Of a DNA stretch of 64,000 bases, positions 12,024 to 24,157 are shown piece after piece. The stretch is from contig CM059433.1 in NCBI GenBank assembly GCA_030390025.1, positions 32,056,001-32,120,000 of the forward strand. Direction: 5' to 3'. The position numbers and the translations under genes are program-made. Position 1 is the first letter of the stretch. Each line of letters opens with the position of its first letter. Source of the stretch: Squalus acanthias (lineage: Eukaryota). Below the pieces are notes generated by a model that saw only the letters and a list, made by a program, of their open reading frames with translations, ran no database searches and was not told the DNA's origin.

Positions 12024-13326
12024 TGCATCTTACAAGGTAGCAAGCACAATGGGGTATGAAGCGGGAGAGCACGGCCCCTGCCAGAAACAAATAGAAAGTT
12101 TGAAACTTGCTCTATCCAGACCCAAAGGCATGGTATGCCTGTTAAGCCCGGGTACGGCCCGGGTGGACCTGGGAGTGCAGGGGTAAACTGTTCGGATGCC
12201 ACCTGTGGCGTCGGGGAACGACCCGGTTGGGCAGCAGGAGGGAAGGGCGATTTGTGAGGCTGGCAGGGAGTGCACACCACCACCTGTGGCGCCGGGTTTT
12301 AACTCGGTTTGGCAGCAGGGAGGGGTGGGCGAACCAATGCAGGAAAGGTCGGAACCGGGGCCGATGTGCCCGGTCCGGCAGCATAAGTTTGGCCCACCCG
12401 GAGGTGGTGGGGGTCAAGGACCCCTTGAAAGCCAATTTGTGGCTCCCCACGGTACCCAACAGCTTAGGACTATGATAAGTCACCTGGGTAAGCTCACTCA
12501 AGAAGGGGACCCCTCAGTCCACTTCATGGAAGTGGAACAGGCAGCGGGCATCAACGACTGTGATGATGACGAGATGGCAAAAATGCTCCTGTTCTCCCTA
12601 GACAGTAAAATCTACCAGTCCCTCTCCGCAGAGAGTAAAAGAGGGCAGGGTGGATACGCAGCCATCCGAGAGGGAGTTCTGGAGGCCATGGGAATGAATG
12701 ATGGTAGTCCCTTCTCCCGGGTGGAGAGGACGACACAGCTAGTAGGGGAGACCCCACAGGCTTTCGCAGACCGACTGTGGCCTGTGTACAGGAGTGCCTG
12801 TAATGGGGTTCTCGACCGGGCTCACCTGAATCAGGATGAGCTGGCCCACTGGCTCTGAAGCCTAGTGGCAAACAGCTTGCTATGGATCAGAGCCAAGGCC
12901 GAGCTGTGGTTTGACCCAAGGGACCCCCGGGGCACTGAAGAGACAGTGGTCAGACAACTGACCCTGGCTTACCAGAACAGTAGAGAGACAGAGGAGCATC
13001 CTCCCAAGGGGAAGGTGCATGAGATAAAACCCAGCCAGGGTAAGAAACAGTGGCACCAGGAAGGGGGTAACTCTTCTGACACGAAGCGTAACTGTTTCGG
13101 GTGCGGGAAGAGTGGGCATTGGAGGAAGGACTGTAGGAATCCGTGGAAGGATAACCTAGGAAAGAATTCCCCAGCCCCTGCCCCAAAGGTAGAAACCCCG
13201 ACCTCTTCCCCCACGTTAGACTCGGTCGTGGCTGCGATCCGAGCTCTAGTAAACAGCCCAGGGAGAGTAGCCACCGCCACTGGTGCTTTAACCCCATCTA
13301 CCCCCCCCCCTAACGCAGACCTATGA

Positions 13327-13815
13327 CTAGAACCAGCGCAGCCTGTCTACCTGTGTTGCCCGGAATACGATGGTAAGATGGGGGTGGAGACGGTGCAGGA
13401 GAGATATTTGGTGGACACCGGAGCTTCCAGCACGGTGGTCCATTCGGAAGACCCGACCAATTCACCCAGGTCTAACAAGGTCCCATTTAGCCTAATGGGG
13501 TTCACAGGGAACGAGTAGGTTGGGGCAATGCCCAAACCTTTGGACAGAGATTTAGGATCCCTCCATACCACGTGGGAGGGTAACCAAAAGGCCAACAAGT
13601 TGGCCAAGCAGGGGGCCAGGGAAGGAGAGTTCTGGGATCCCTATAAAGCAGGTCCAGTAGCCGCAATCCGGGACAAGGGAGGCACACAGGGGGTAGCTTT
13701 GCCCCCGGACTTAAAGCAGGTCCAAGCCCAGGATCCCGTCCTTAAGGCCGTCCTGGTAAAGAGAGAGAATGGGGAGTCCATAGAAGGTCCGTTCAGGGCA
13801 GCGGACGATTTTTAA
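13327..13815 (+). pseudogene. pol: Deleted pol: aspartic protease fused in frame to the RNase H C-terminus and integrase linker
   Basis: YLVDTGASSTVV (about 13405-13440), then EGNQKANKLAKQGA and DLKQVQAQDPVL in the same frame; no RT motifs. Confidence 0.8.
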
Positions 13816-15054
13816 ACAGATTCACTGGCAAGCAGCCAGTAACCTGGGGAGCCAGCACCAGAAAAATCGGCTGCTGTTAGAACCCCAGAGAACCCACGAG
13901 TGGGAGATTAACCAGTGTAAGCTGTTCAAACCTAAAAGGGAACAGTCAGCAAAGGTGGACCACCCCAAAGTTAGAAATCCCCAGCCAGCAGCTGTGGCAG
14001 ACTCACAGGCTGCAGCGGTGGGGACAGTGGCTTGTATCACAGGAGGGTACACTCCACCGATTGTGTGGGACTCAGGCACACCCCCAGTGGCCAGAGTCCT
14101 GAGAAGGTCTCCTCGCACACCACAGCCTAAACTGCCGTGGTCACCGGTACATCAGTGGGTCAGCCCAAAAGGGGCTGCAACCCGAAAAGGAGTGCCCAAG
14201 GTCAGGGGTCATTCTAAGAAAAGGGATCCCCAGCCTGCGGCCTCAGGCTGTGAGGAACCCACAGGACAGGACAGGGACTCAGCAGCCACACCAAAGGGGG
14301 CAGTGTGCTGTAGCACAGGAGGGGACACTCCCGGGATTGTCAGGGATTCAGGGAAACCCTCAGTTGTTTTAAGAAGGACTCTCAGGGTCCTGCGGTACAG
14401 GCCACCGTACGCCCAGGCGTACAAGCTGCTCAGAAGCTGCCCAAGGCAGAGGCCATGCAGGGATTGACCTGGCCATCCGGAGACGGGCGGCGAATGTACA
14501 GAGTTTTAATGTATTTTAGGTGTTTTACAGTTTTGGTAGTTTTAGGATTTTAAGAATTCTAGTTTTAAGGATTTTAGTAAGTAAGTTTAAAGTCCTCAAG
14601 AATCGATCACCTGTCAAGCCAGAGAACCTTCTCGGGACATGGCTATCTGTTTTGTGTGTCCCTACAGAGAGGAAATCGGCATGCCGATCCCGACATGAGA
14701 AAGCATGGGACCAGCATTACAATAAAGCCTATGGCCAGGTTTAGGGCGAGCCTTAATTGTTTTTATTAAAATGAATAAAGTTTTGTGATTGTGTATTATT
14801 TTTACTATGTATGTACTGTGTTTTCCAAGTGGTGCAGGGGTGTTGGACACCCTCCGTGCTTGGATGTGTATGTATTATTGATTCTTACCTGTATGTATTG
14901 GAACACTACACCAAAAAAAGGGAATGTGTGTTTTTGGGTTTTAGTTTAGGTAATACAGGGGAAGGTAGGCTTTCGAGGATCAGGAATTTTGTCCACCCGA
15001 TCAGGAATTTTGTCCACCCGATAGTGTAGTGACTTAAACTATCGCAGGAGGGAC

Positions 15055-16398
15055 TGTAAGGTTTCCAAAATTTTACAGATCCCCAAAACCTAAGGAAAAA
15101 GGACTTTGGAACTACCTCAGAGTGATAAAAATGCATTTGGGCCTAACATAAGGAATTTAAGACCAAAAACCAAGTTTTGGCATTTTAAAAACATGTCTGG
15201 GCCTGTAAAGGGGGAAAAGGCTGTGAAGGAAGTTGGGCTCGACCTCTGTAAAAGCAGTTTTGGTTATTGCAGTTAATTGCACTGTCTGGGGAACTGGGAT
15301 GACCTCACTCAAGCCCCAGCAGACATTAACATTTGAACAATAGACCCTGGGAGAAGACAGTCCCACCCAAAGACAGGCCCCATCAAAACCGTTTACAGAA
15401 CCCATTAAAGACATGCATAAAGCAAATATTCTGTAGAAGTCCTAGACCCAGTCAAGAAACCCAAAGCATGAGGACAATCCAAACTCTGATTAAACAACAG
15501 ATCGACAGGATGGAGCTATCCTGAAACCACTTCACACATTTACAAAACCAGTTAACACGCTAGTAAAGTCGTTACTGTTAACGAGGCTTCCAAAAATCTT
15601 ACAAAGGATTTGATTTGGTTTTGATAAGGCAGCTTCGATGGGTATAATTAAAGGCCTGTTCTTAACAGTTCTCCAGTAAAAACAGTTCAAGTTCAACAGA
15701 AGGCAGTTCTGCAGTTTGGAGTTCAATTGAAAGCCTGTTTTCAGCAGAAGTCAGTGCTGGAGTTACAGAGCTCAGGAGAAGCAAGTTGGGCAGTTAAAGA
15801 AGACAGTTCAGTAAGAAGGGAGTTCTCCAGTTCTCCAGCACAACAGTTACAGTTCTGCAAGAAGGCAGTTCCACAGCTCGGAAGAAGACAGTTTAAACAG
15901 AGGCAGAGTTCAACAGAAAGCAGTTCAACAAAGAAGGCCAACAGCTCCAGAAGCAGGCCGACACGCAAGAAGAAACCAGAGCAACAGTTCCAGTGACCAT
16001 CAGACACCTCGCGGCAACAAGGGCCTTACGAAACCTTTTACTCAAAAGACTCTAAACCCTAACTCTAAACTGTCAAGGATTTGTTTGGTGAGCATTATCC
16101 CTGGTTCTCTGGAGTCCAACCTAGCTAGTGAAGTGGGATTGGGAGGGGTGAAGTATTATCCTAATGTTATTTCCCTCACTTGTACCGAAGTGTTCCCCAC
16201 TTTTAGAGTGTTAAGAGTGTTTGTGTTGTGTTTTACTTTCTTGAATAAAGAGCGAAGTTCTTTCATCAAACTCAGTTGTCTGCTACACCTTTTATCACAA
16301 CCCCCAAATAAGTCCAAGGTCTAGAACCAAGGGAGTGGGAGCGATTCGAACCGCTCAGAAGTCAGAGGTGAAGCTGACACAAACCACCACCCACTACA
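15055..16398 (+). repeat. 3' LTR (about 1.34 kb)
   Basis: TGTAAGGG...CACTACA termini after purine-rich CAGGAGGGAC; TATAAT at about 15643; AATAAA at about 16244. An alternative start is 15025 (TGTAGTG). Confidence 0.75.
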
Positions 16399-18062
16399 AG
16401 TATCCCGATTGCTTGCTCTATTACACATCTCGTCGTCATTTGGCTTTGGTTGTAGTGCTATTCGGCCTCATTGCTTGGCCTCCTCAAGGGTGTCATTGGC
16501 CCAGAAATTGGACTTCGATGGTTGCCGCGGGGGTAAGGATCCCCCGTGATATCGCACTCCGCGCCTGCCTTTATGGTTTTGGCCCACACGAACTTCAGTT
16601 CCTGGGCCTCTCCCTGGTGCCGGCGCGCAGTGTGTGCGTGTCCCAGAGGCGCAGTTAGTTCGATGCGACCTCTGGGATCACGTGAGCCAGTTAGAGCCAA
16701 TGGCAGCACACCATCTTTCATTCATAGTTTTGACAGGAAGAGCTGTCAAAGCTATGAATACAAATTGCCCCCAAAAGAACAGCTATACCTCAATTAAATT
16801 TAAAAAAAAAACCATCACATTAATAAAATAACTATAGTTAAATAAATTAACCACTTTAAACAAAAATTTAAATTTTTGAAAAAATTTAAATTCTTTTTAA
16901 AAGTTATAAAAATAAACTTACCTTTCTTTAAAGTCTCTAAAAAAGATAAACCTGTTGAAAAAAATTTAAAATAATACTTAATTAACTACTTACCTTGTTA
17001 AAAGGGGGTCTTACGCCTGCTTTTTTCATGTGTAAAATCTTCAACACTTACCTTCGCGTACAAACCTGAAAAAAAAACTAAGTGTGCTGCGTGCGCACAG
17101 CCTGTAGTGCGCACGCGGTTCACTTAGGAACCGTCCCCTTCGCAATATCGGAAGTGCCGGTTTCCCGCGCATGCGCAGTGCATGCAGGAAACCGGCACTT
17201 CGGGACCGAATATGGGTGAGTACACAGTGCGTACTCTCCCGTATTCGGATGAATTTCTGGGCCAACAGTCACGTCTTAAGTGGATATCCCTTGTCTCCAA
17301 GCAGCCAGCCGGTAAGTCTGGTCGGAGGTGTGAAGAGTTGAAGAAGGTTGGACTGGCGCAGGAGGAATAAATCATGACAGCTCCCTGGGAATCTGGTACA
17401 CACCTGCATGATGATCTTTTAGTGGTTGCAAACAAGCTGCACATTGATGGAGTGGAATCCCTTACAGTTCATGAACACTCCTGGGTGATCTGGGGGTGCT
17501 TTGATGGCCACATGTGTGCAGTCGTCGATGCCCTGCACCTGTGGGAAGCCAGCCAGAGCTGCAAAGTCGAGCGTCCGCTCATTCTGACTGGCTTCATCGG
17601 TGGCAAAGTATACATAACTGCCTGCCCTGGCAAACATGGCATCGGTCACCTGGGTGATGTGTTTGTGGGTTGCCGACTGCGAGATACTGCAAATATCTTC
17701 TGCAGATCCCTGGAAGGAGCCTGAGGCGAAGAAATTGAGGGTGGTGGTCACTTTGACAGCCACTGGTAACACATGTCCACCAGGTCCATTTGGCAGCAGG
17801 CCTTCTTCCAGCAGGCTACAAATGTCTGCCTGAGACTCCTGAGGCACTGGTGTTCAGTCATGTCCAGGAAGCTAAACCTTTGCCTAAATACCCTATTTTG
17901 GGGTATCACCTCCTACGAGGTGCACCCCTCTGCTCATCCCCTCTCTCCTGTGGAGTGGCAAGTCAGTGAGAAGGCTGCTGGTGCTGCTGGTGTTGTTGCT
18001 TCTGGTGCTCATCTTGGTCCTCATCTGAGGTCCAAGGTGAAACAGCATAAGCGGCACCCATG
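16399..18062 (-). pseudogene. Harbinger DDE transposase pseudogene
   Basis: [61 protein letters not shown]...IEQAIGIL. Confidence 0.9.
16498..17262. mobile_element. Harbinger-type MITE inserted in the transposase pseudogene
   Basis: TIRs GGCCCAGAAATT / AATTTCTGGGCC; AT-rich core; splits the DKGYPL...MTP motif of the host transposase. Confidence 0.75.
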
Positions 18063-20257
18063 CTGATCTGATATATGACAGATATAAAGTGAAGATCAGA
18101 TGCAAAATCCTCCAATTTACTGAGAGTGACCTCCAATATAGTGAGTGACCTCCAAAGTTGTAGGAATCGCCTGCAAACTCCTGAAATCAAATTTTCAGAG
18201 CAAGTGGTGTGAGCAAAAACCTTTCCCTTAGGCATTGAAGCAGGTGTGTGGTCTCAGTATTCATGGGATTTTTTGACTGTCATTTGTTCAGCTCCCTCAA
18301 TTGCCGCTGTGCTCTCACCTTGCTTTCACTGGCGAGGTTGAGGAAGCCTGGGAATCCCGTGGACACCCTGTAAAAGTTCAAACTGCAGGTAAAAAAGGTT
18401 CTTAATAGCCTCTTAACGAGCTGTTAATTGCTATAAATTGGTAACCCGCCTCTCCTGAGGTGGTTTCTCGGTCACAGCGGAACGCGCTCGAATTAAATGT
18501 GGAAGCTGGCGGGTTAAAGCCAGCTTCCCGATGCGGTGTCAATTTCAGCGCTTTTAACTACCCACCTGCTCCCAAACCCACTCACACCTTGATGTTAAAA
18601 TTCATTTCTTTGTATTTAGCTTGCTGTGCCATGTACGAAAGTCAATGGAACATTGAGTGTAATTATCTAGTTAATGATGTAAACAAGCTCCTTTACATTT
18701 TGTTCTGTTCTTTGAACCTTTCTTCTGTTACATACAAAATCCCCCAGAGAATGTGAAAAATTCAGTACTAAAGCCAGTTAATCAATAAATGAAAACTAAT
18801 GCAGATGTCTACAATTAATCCTTCATGTAACCAAACAGACACTAATTTCTTGAAGCAAAAATAGTATCAAGGCCTTAAATTTATCTGTGATCTTGCATCA
18901 AAACATTAATTCTAATGTAGTGGTATTGTTCTATATTACATTAATTCTAACACTGTAGCCTTGTCCTGTATTACATGCTAAAGTAAGCATTGGTCTCAGT
19001 AAAAATGCTTAAGCATTTATTGAAGTAAAATGCAACAATCATTTTACTTCAGGATCATTCACAACCTTCAATATTTTCAGCTTGTGAAAATAGTTAGCCT
19101 GTGCAAGATTTGTTTTCAAAGTTTTTAAGCCCAATATGGCACCATTGAGTTCATTAAGTGGCAGAGCCAGTGGGGGAGGTCAGCAGGGTCATGACTCTCT
19201 CAATCAGTTTCAGGTGGGCCAATTTGGAGGACTGCCTCCATTTCGCTCCCAGGAACCTCTGTCACCCATGTTTGGCCTCCATGTTCGGCCTGCGAGTCTG
19301 CACAGTTCCTAGCTTGGCCTTCAGACTAGTTCCCAGACCCGTCCCTTTTCTGCCAAGTCTTGAGTTCGCGCCCAACCCCAATTCTGCCAAACCTATCTCC
19401 GCCACTGTGTTTACTCATCTGGAGGCTGTCAGTTTGTAGAGGTCACTGATGAGTTTGTTCCGCAGCAAGCAGTCCTTGCTTTGAATGCAAATTTTGAATC
19501 ACAGATTGGCCTGGCTACATTCACTGATGCAACTATATCCATCTTTGTAAATAAACCCGCCTGCAATATACAGGGTTAATTTAGTTTGCACTCTGTCCTC
19601 CTGAGGATAAATCACGTCTTTTGTTTCTCCCACAGCCTCCCCTATAAGCAGCACTACCCCTTTCAAAGCCTATTTTTTCTGTCCCTCCTAAGCATTTTAA
19701 ATTCCAATATAACAAGCGCAGATCTATCCTCAGGCTTTAAGCATGCGTCTGTTAAACCGATTATCTCTTCCATCTTCCAAACACAACCTTCAAGCTCCAA
19801 TGCCTTGTTCTACCTGCTCCTTAGGTTGGTATAACATTTATGCTTGTCAATATTTTAATGATCCCTACTATTAAGTTCTTGTCTATTGATTTTCACCTTC
19901 TGATTCCTTAACGCCTCACCACCTCATCGTGACTTCTTTCCCTGTGGTTTTATTTATTCTAATCATTCTCCATTTATTGCTTTTCCACTCCCCTGCCTTC
20001 TTCGTTCAAATATTTTCCAATTTGAGTAAATAAGCTCTTTCGAACCAAACATGCATCCCATGATAGCCCTGTCAAGCAATGATCGGTGGGAGAAAATGGA
20101 GTACACCATAACTGCTACATGGCCATTTTTCCCCCTCTTTTTCTACCAACATTTCATTGTGGTAAGAAGCTGAGCGGAGGACTGTTGCTTCCTGCAGGAA
20201 GGGGACTACACAAATTCAGAGAGAGGGTCACTCCTCCACTTTTCTCACCCCTCACAG

Positions 20258-20472
20258 TGTCAGCTGTGGCTCAGTCGGTGGCACTCTCGCCTCTGAGTCA
20301 GAAGGTTGTGGGTGGAAGTCCCAGAGACTTGAGCACAAAATCTAGGCTGACACTCCAATGCAGTACTGAGGGAGTGCAGCACTGCTGGAGGTGCCGTCTC
20401 TCAGATGAGACGTTAAACCGAGGTCCCATCTGCACTCTCAGCTGGACAACGTAAAAGATCCCATGGCACTAT
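20258..20472 (+). mobile_element. DeuSINE (SacSINE1-like), 5' part
   Basis: tRNA-like head GTGGCTCAGTCGG and Deu-domain GATGAGACGTTAAACCGAGG...AAAGATCCCATGGCACT. Confidence 0.8.
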
Positions 20473-20805
20473 AATTGTGTATGATTTATACAGAGAGTAG
20501 AAAATAATTTGGTTCGGAAAACTGGTGCTGTAAATCAATTGTGATCACCTTTATTATTATAAAGAGGCTGTTGCAATTGAAAAAGCAATGATCAAACAGT
20601 AGTTCATTATTTAAATACTTTTAGTCATATTTACAGTGTTCTTCCAAAGTTAATGTTCCATAACACTGAATTGCTGTGAAATGTATTGAGTACAAAATAC
20701 ATTTCATGCACATTAAAATAAGCTTCCAATTGAATAAAGACTTATAATACTGATCAGCCATTGATAATGCTGCCAGTCTATTCCCTGCCAGGCCCATGCT
20801 GCCAT

Positions 20806-21210
20806 AAAAGAAAGAAGACTTGCATTTCTATCGCGTCTTTCATGCCCTCATGACGTCCCAAAGCACTTTATAGCCAAAGAAGTACTTTTGAAGTGTAGTA
20901 ACTGTTGTAATGTAGGAAACACGGCAGCCAATTTGTGCACTGCAAGGTGCCACAAACAGCAATGAGATAAAGACCAAATTATCTGTTTTAGTGATGTTGG
21001 TTGAGGGAAAAATACTGACCAAGCACCGGGGCAAACTCTTTGCTTTTTTTCACCATGGATCTTTTACGTCTGCCTCAGGGGGCAGGCAGGGCCTCGGTTT
21101 AACATCTTATCTGAAGGACGGCACTTCTGACCAATCCCTCAGTACTGCACTTGCGTGCTAGGCTAGATTTTGTGTTCAAGTCTATGGAGTGGGATTTGAA
21201 CCCACAACAT
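20806..21210 (-). mobile_element. DeuSINE (SacSINE1-like)
   Basis: Same Deu core on the minus strand with an L2-like tail (GACTTGCATTT). Confidence 0.8.
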
Positions 21211-21857
21211 GATAGCCATGTAGTCAGCAGATCCAACCTTTGAGCAGTGTCGCTTCTGAAATTAAATCCAGTGAATATCTACTGTTCTGAGGAATCAACC
21301 AACATGACCGTCAATTGTTTCTTTTCAAACACCAAGAGACCTTCCGTGCAGTTATAACCCATTTTAACAGAAGAAACACTCAAATATTATATAGGAAAAA
21401 ACAACAATGCTAACCAACAAGAGATAAGAAAGATCAGCAGCTGTTCCATTTCTAACTGTTGCCAATATTTTCATTCATGCTGGCATTCACATCCATTACA
21501 TTTCTGTCACCTATCGCTTAATCTGTTCATGTTTGCTGGTTAAGATACAATCTATTTAAAGAAACATTTCTGGGCGAGGTTCCATAATGGTATCAACATG
21601 CCTATCTTAAACTTTAGGTAGTAAATCGCTGGCCATCCAGTTCTCTTCAAAATGAAGTTGTAAAAAAAATACATGCAAGAAATCCGTTAATATGAAAAGC
21701 AGAGTTAAGTCTTCTGTTGAAGGTTTTAAAATGGCATCAGGTAACATTTGGATCCAGGATACGCACAACCAAAGCCAATCATAAATCTGGAAATTGCCAA
21801 AATTATATACCAAGTCGTGACCATTAGCAGGATGCTAATAATGGCAGAAAGTATTCC

Positions 21858-22395
21858 AACAACAATAACTTGCATTTATACAGCGCTTTTAACATTGTAA
21901 AAATTCCCAAGGCACTTCACAGGAGCGTTACCAAACAAAATTTGACATCGAGCAATATAAAGAGACATTAGAACAAGTGACCAAAAGCTTGGTGAAAGAG
22001 ATAGCTTTTAAGGAGCGCTTGATAGGAGGAGAGAGAGGTGGAGAGGTTCAGGGAGGGAATTCCAGAGCTTAGGGACTAGGCAGCTGAAGGCACGGCCACC
22101 AATGGTGGAGCGAAGGAAATTGGGAATGTGCAAGAGGCCAGAATTGGAGGAGCGCAGAGATCTTGGAGGGTTGTTGGGCTGGAGGAGATTACAGAGATAA
22201 GGAGGGGCGAGGTCATGGAGGGATTTGAAAACAAGGATGAGGTTTTTTAAACTGAGGCGTTGCCAGACCGGGAGCCAATGTAGATCAAGTGAGCACAGGT
22301 GTTATGGGTGACCGGCATTTGGTGTGAGTTAGGATATGGGCAGCAGAGTTTTGGATGAGCTCAAGATTAAGGAGGGTGATATGTGGGAGGCTGGC
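21858..22395 (-). mobile_element. L2 LINE 3' fragment
   Basis: Similar to 3722-4302; (AAC)n tail. Confidence 0.85.
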
Positions 22396-22687
22396 TACCT
22401 TTGTTAAAGGGATCATCAAGGGCTATGTCACCTATATCTCAGAAGTAAGCCCAACAGATTCCTTCCTCTCTTCCCACTACCTCAACCCAGGAAACCAAGG
22501 CGAATTCTAACACCCCAAAGCCCTGCCTTGGCTAAGATCAGCTAACACAACACAAATTGAAGACAGAACCTGGCATCTTCCTAGTCTGTATAGCACAATA
22601 GGACCTCACCAGCTGATGCAGTTACCTGCTAAGCTATCAGGCGATAACTCTTCCAAAAAGTGACTCAGATGTAAGATGTATCTGAGA

Positions 22688-24157
22688 ATTCCCTAAATTC
22701 TAGAATGGTCCCCACAGATTGGAAGATAGCAAATGTAACTCCGCTATTCAAGAAAGGAGGGAGAGAGAAAACAAGGAACTATAGACCAATTAGCCTGACA
22801 TCAGTAACAGGGAAAATGCTAGAATCTATTATTAGGGACGTGGTAACAGGACACATAGAAAATCATAATATGATTGAGCAGAGTCAACACGGATTTATGA
22901 AAGGGAAATCGTGTTTTACAAATCTGTTAGAGTTTTTCGAGGTTCTAACTAGCAGGGTAGATAAGGGGGAAGCAGTGGATGTAGTGTATTTGGATTTTCA
23001 AAAAGCATTCGATAAGGTGCCACACAAGAGGTTATTACACAAAATTAGGGCTCATGGGATTGGGGGTAATATATTAGCATGGATTGAGGATTGGTTAACG
23101 GACAGAAAACAGAGAGTAGGAATAAACGGGTCATTTTCGTGTTAGCAGGCTGTAATTAGTGGAGTAACGCAAGGATTAGTGTTTGGGCCTCAGCTATTTA
23201 CAATCTACATCAATGACTTAGATGAGGGGACCGAGTGTAATATATCCAAGTTTACTGATGATACAAAGCTAGGTGGGAAAGTAAGTTGTGAGGAGGATGC
23301 AAAGAGACTGCAAAGGGATATAGACTGGTTAAGTGAGTGGGAAAGAACATGGTGGATGGAATATAATGTGGAGAAATGCGAAGTTATCCACTTTGGTAGG
23401 AAAAATAGAAAAGCAGAATTTTTTTTAAATGGTAAGAGATTGGGAAATGTTGGTATTCAGAGGGTCCTGGGTGTCCTTGTACATGAATCACAGAAAATTA
23501 ACAAGCAGGTACAGCAAGCAATTGGGAAAGCAAATGGTATGTTAGCCTTTATTACAAAAGGATTGGAGTAAAACAATAAGGCAGTCTTACTGCGATTATA
23601 TAGGGCCTTGGTGAGACCACACCTGGATTACTGTGTACAGTTTTGGTCTCCTTGCCTGAGGAAGGATATACTTGCCTTAGAGGGAGTGCAACAAAGGTTC
23701 ACTAAATTGATTCCTGGGATGGGGGGAATTGTCCAATGAGGAGAGATTGAGTAGACTCGGCCTATATTCCCTAGAGTTCAGAAGAATGAGAGGTGATCTC
23801 ATTGAAACGTATGAAATTCTTAAGGGGCTTGACAAGGTAGATGCTGGGAGGATGTTTCCCCTGGCTGAGGAGTCTAGAACTAGGGATCACAGTCTCAGAG
23901 TAAGGGGTCGGCCATTTAAGACTGAGATGAAGAGAAATTTCTTCACTCAAAGGGTTGTGAATCTTTGGAATTCTCTACCCCAGAGAGCTGTGGATGCTCA
24001 GTCGTTGAGTATATTCAAGACAGAGATTGATAGATTTTTGGATACTAAGGGAACCAAGGGATATGGGGATAGTGTGGGAAGGTGGAGTTGATGTAGAAGA
24101 TCAGCCATGATCTTATTGAATGGCCTACTCCTGCTCCTATTTCTTATGTTCTTATGT
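22688..24157 (+). mobile_element. CR1 LINE, 5'-truncated, disrupted RT
   Basis: DWKIANVTPLFKKG, NYRPISLTS, YLDFQKAFDKV, KFTDD; TTCTTATG tail repeats. Confidence 0.95.

Larger units (their letters stand above)
11062..13326 (+). pseudogene. gag: gag (N-terminal coiled coil, capsid-like region, CCHC knuckle), disrupted by a SINE and two stops
   Basis: CFGCGKSGHWRKDC near 13092. Reading frame rejoins across the SINE as DVQA|SYKV. Stops at 12184 and 12856. Confidence 0.85.
10606..16398 (+). mobile_element. Internally deleted LTR retroelement / endogenous retrovirus-like element
   Basis: Two LTR copies, PBS, gag with CCHC, DTG protease, RNase H C-terminal motif, purine-rich tract before the 3' LTR. 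Confidence 0.9.
8364..18603. mobile_element. Older degraded Harbinger transposon hosting nested insertions
   Basis: Left end TTA|GGCCAGAAT; Myb-like pseudogene on + (8677-10460); convergent transposase pseudogene on - (16399-18062); right end degenerate. Confidence 0.8.

Noticed and set aside
14470..15050. env gene of the LTR element
   Set aside because: AT-rich, only short ORFs, no signal peptide, furin site or TM pattern
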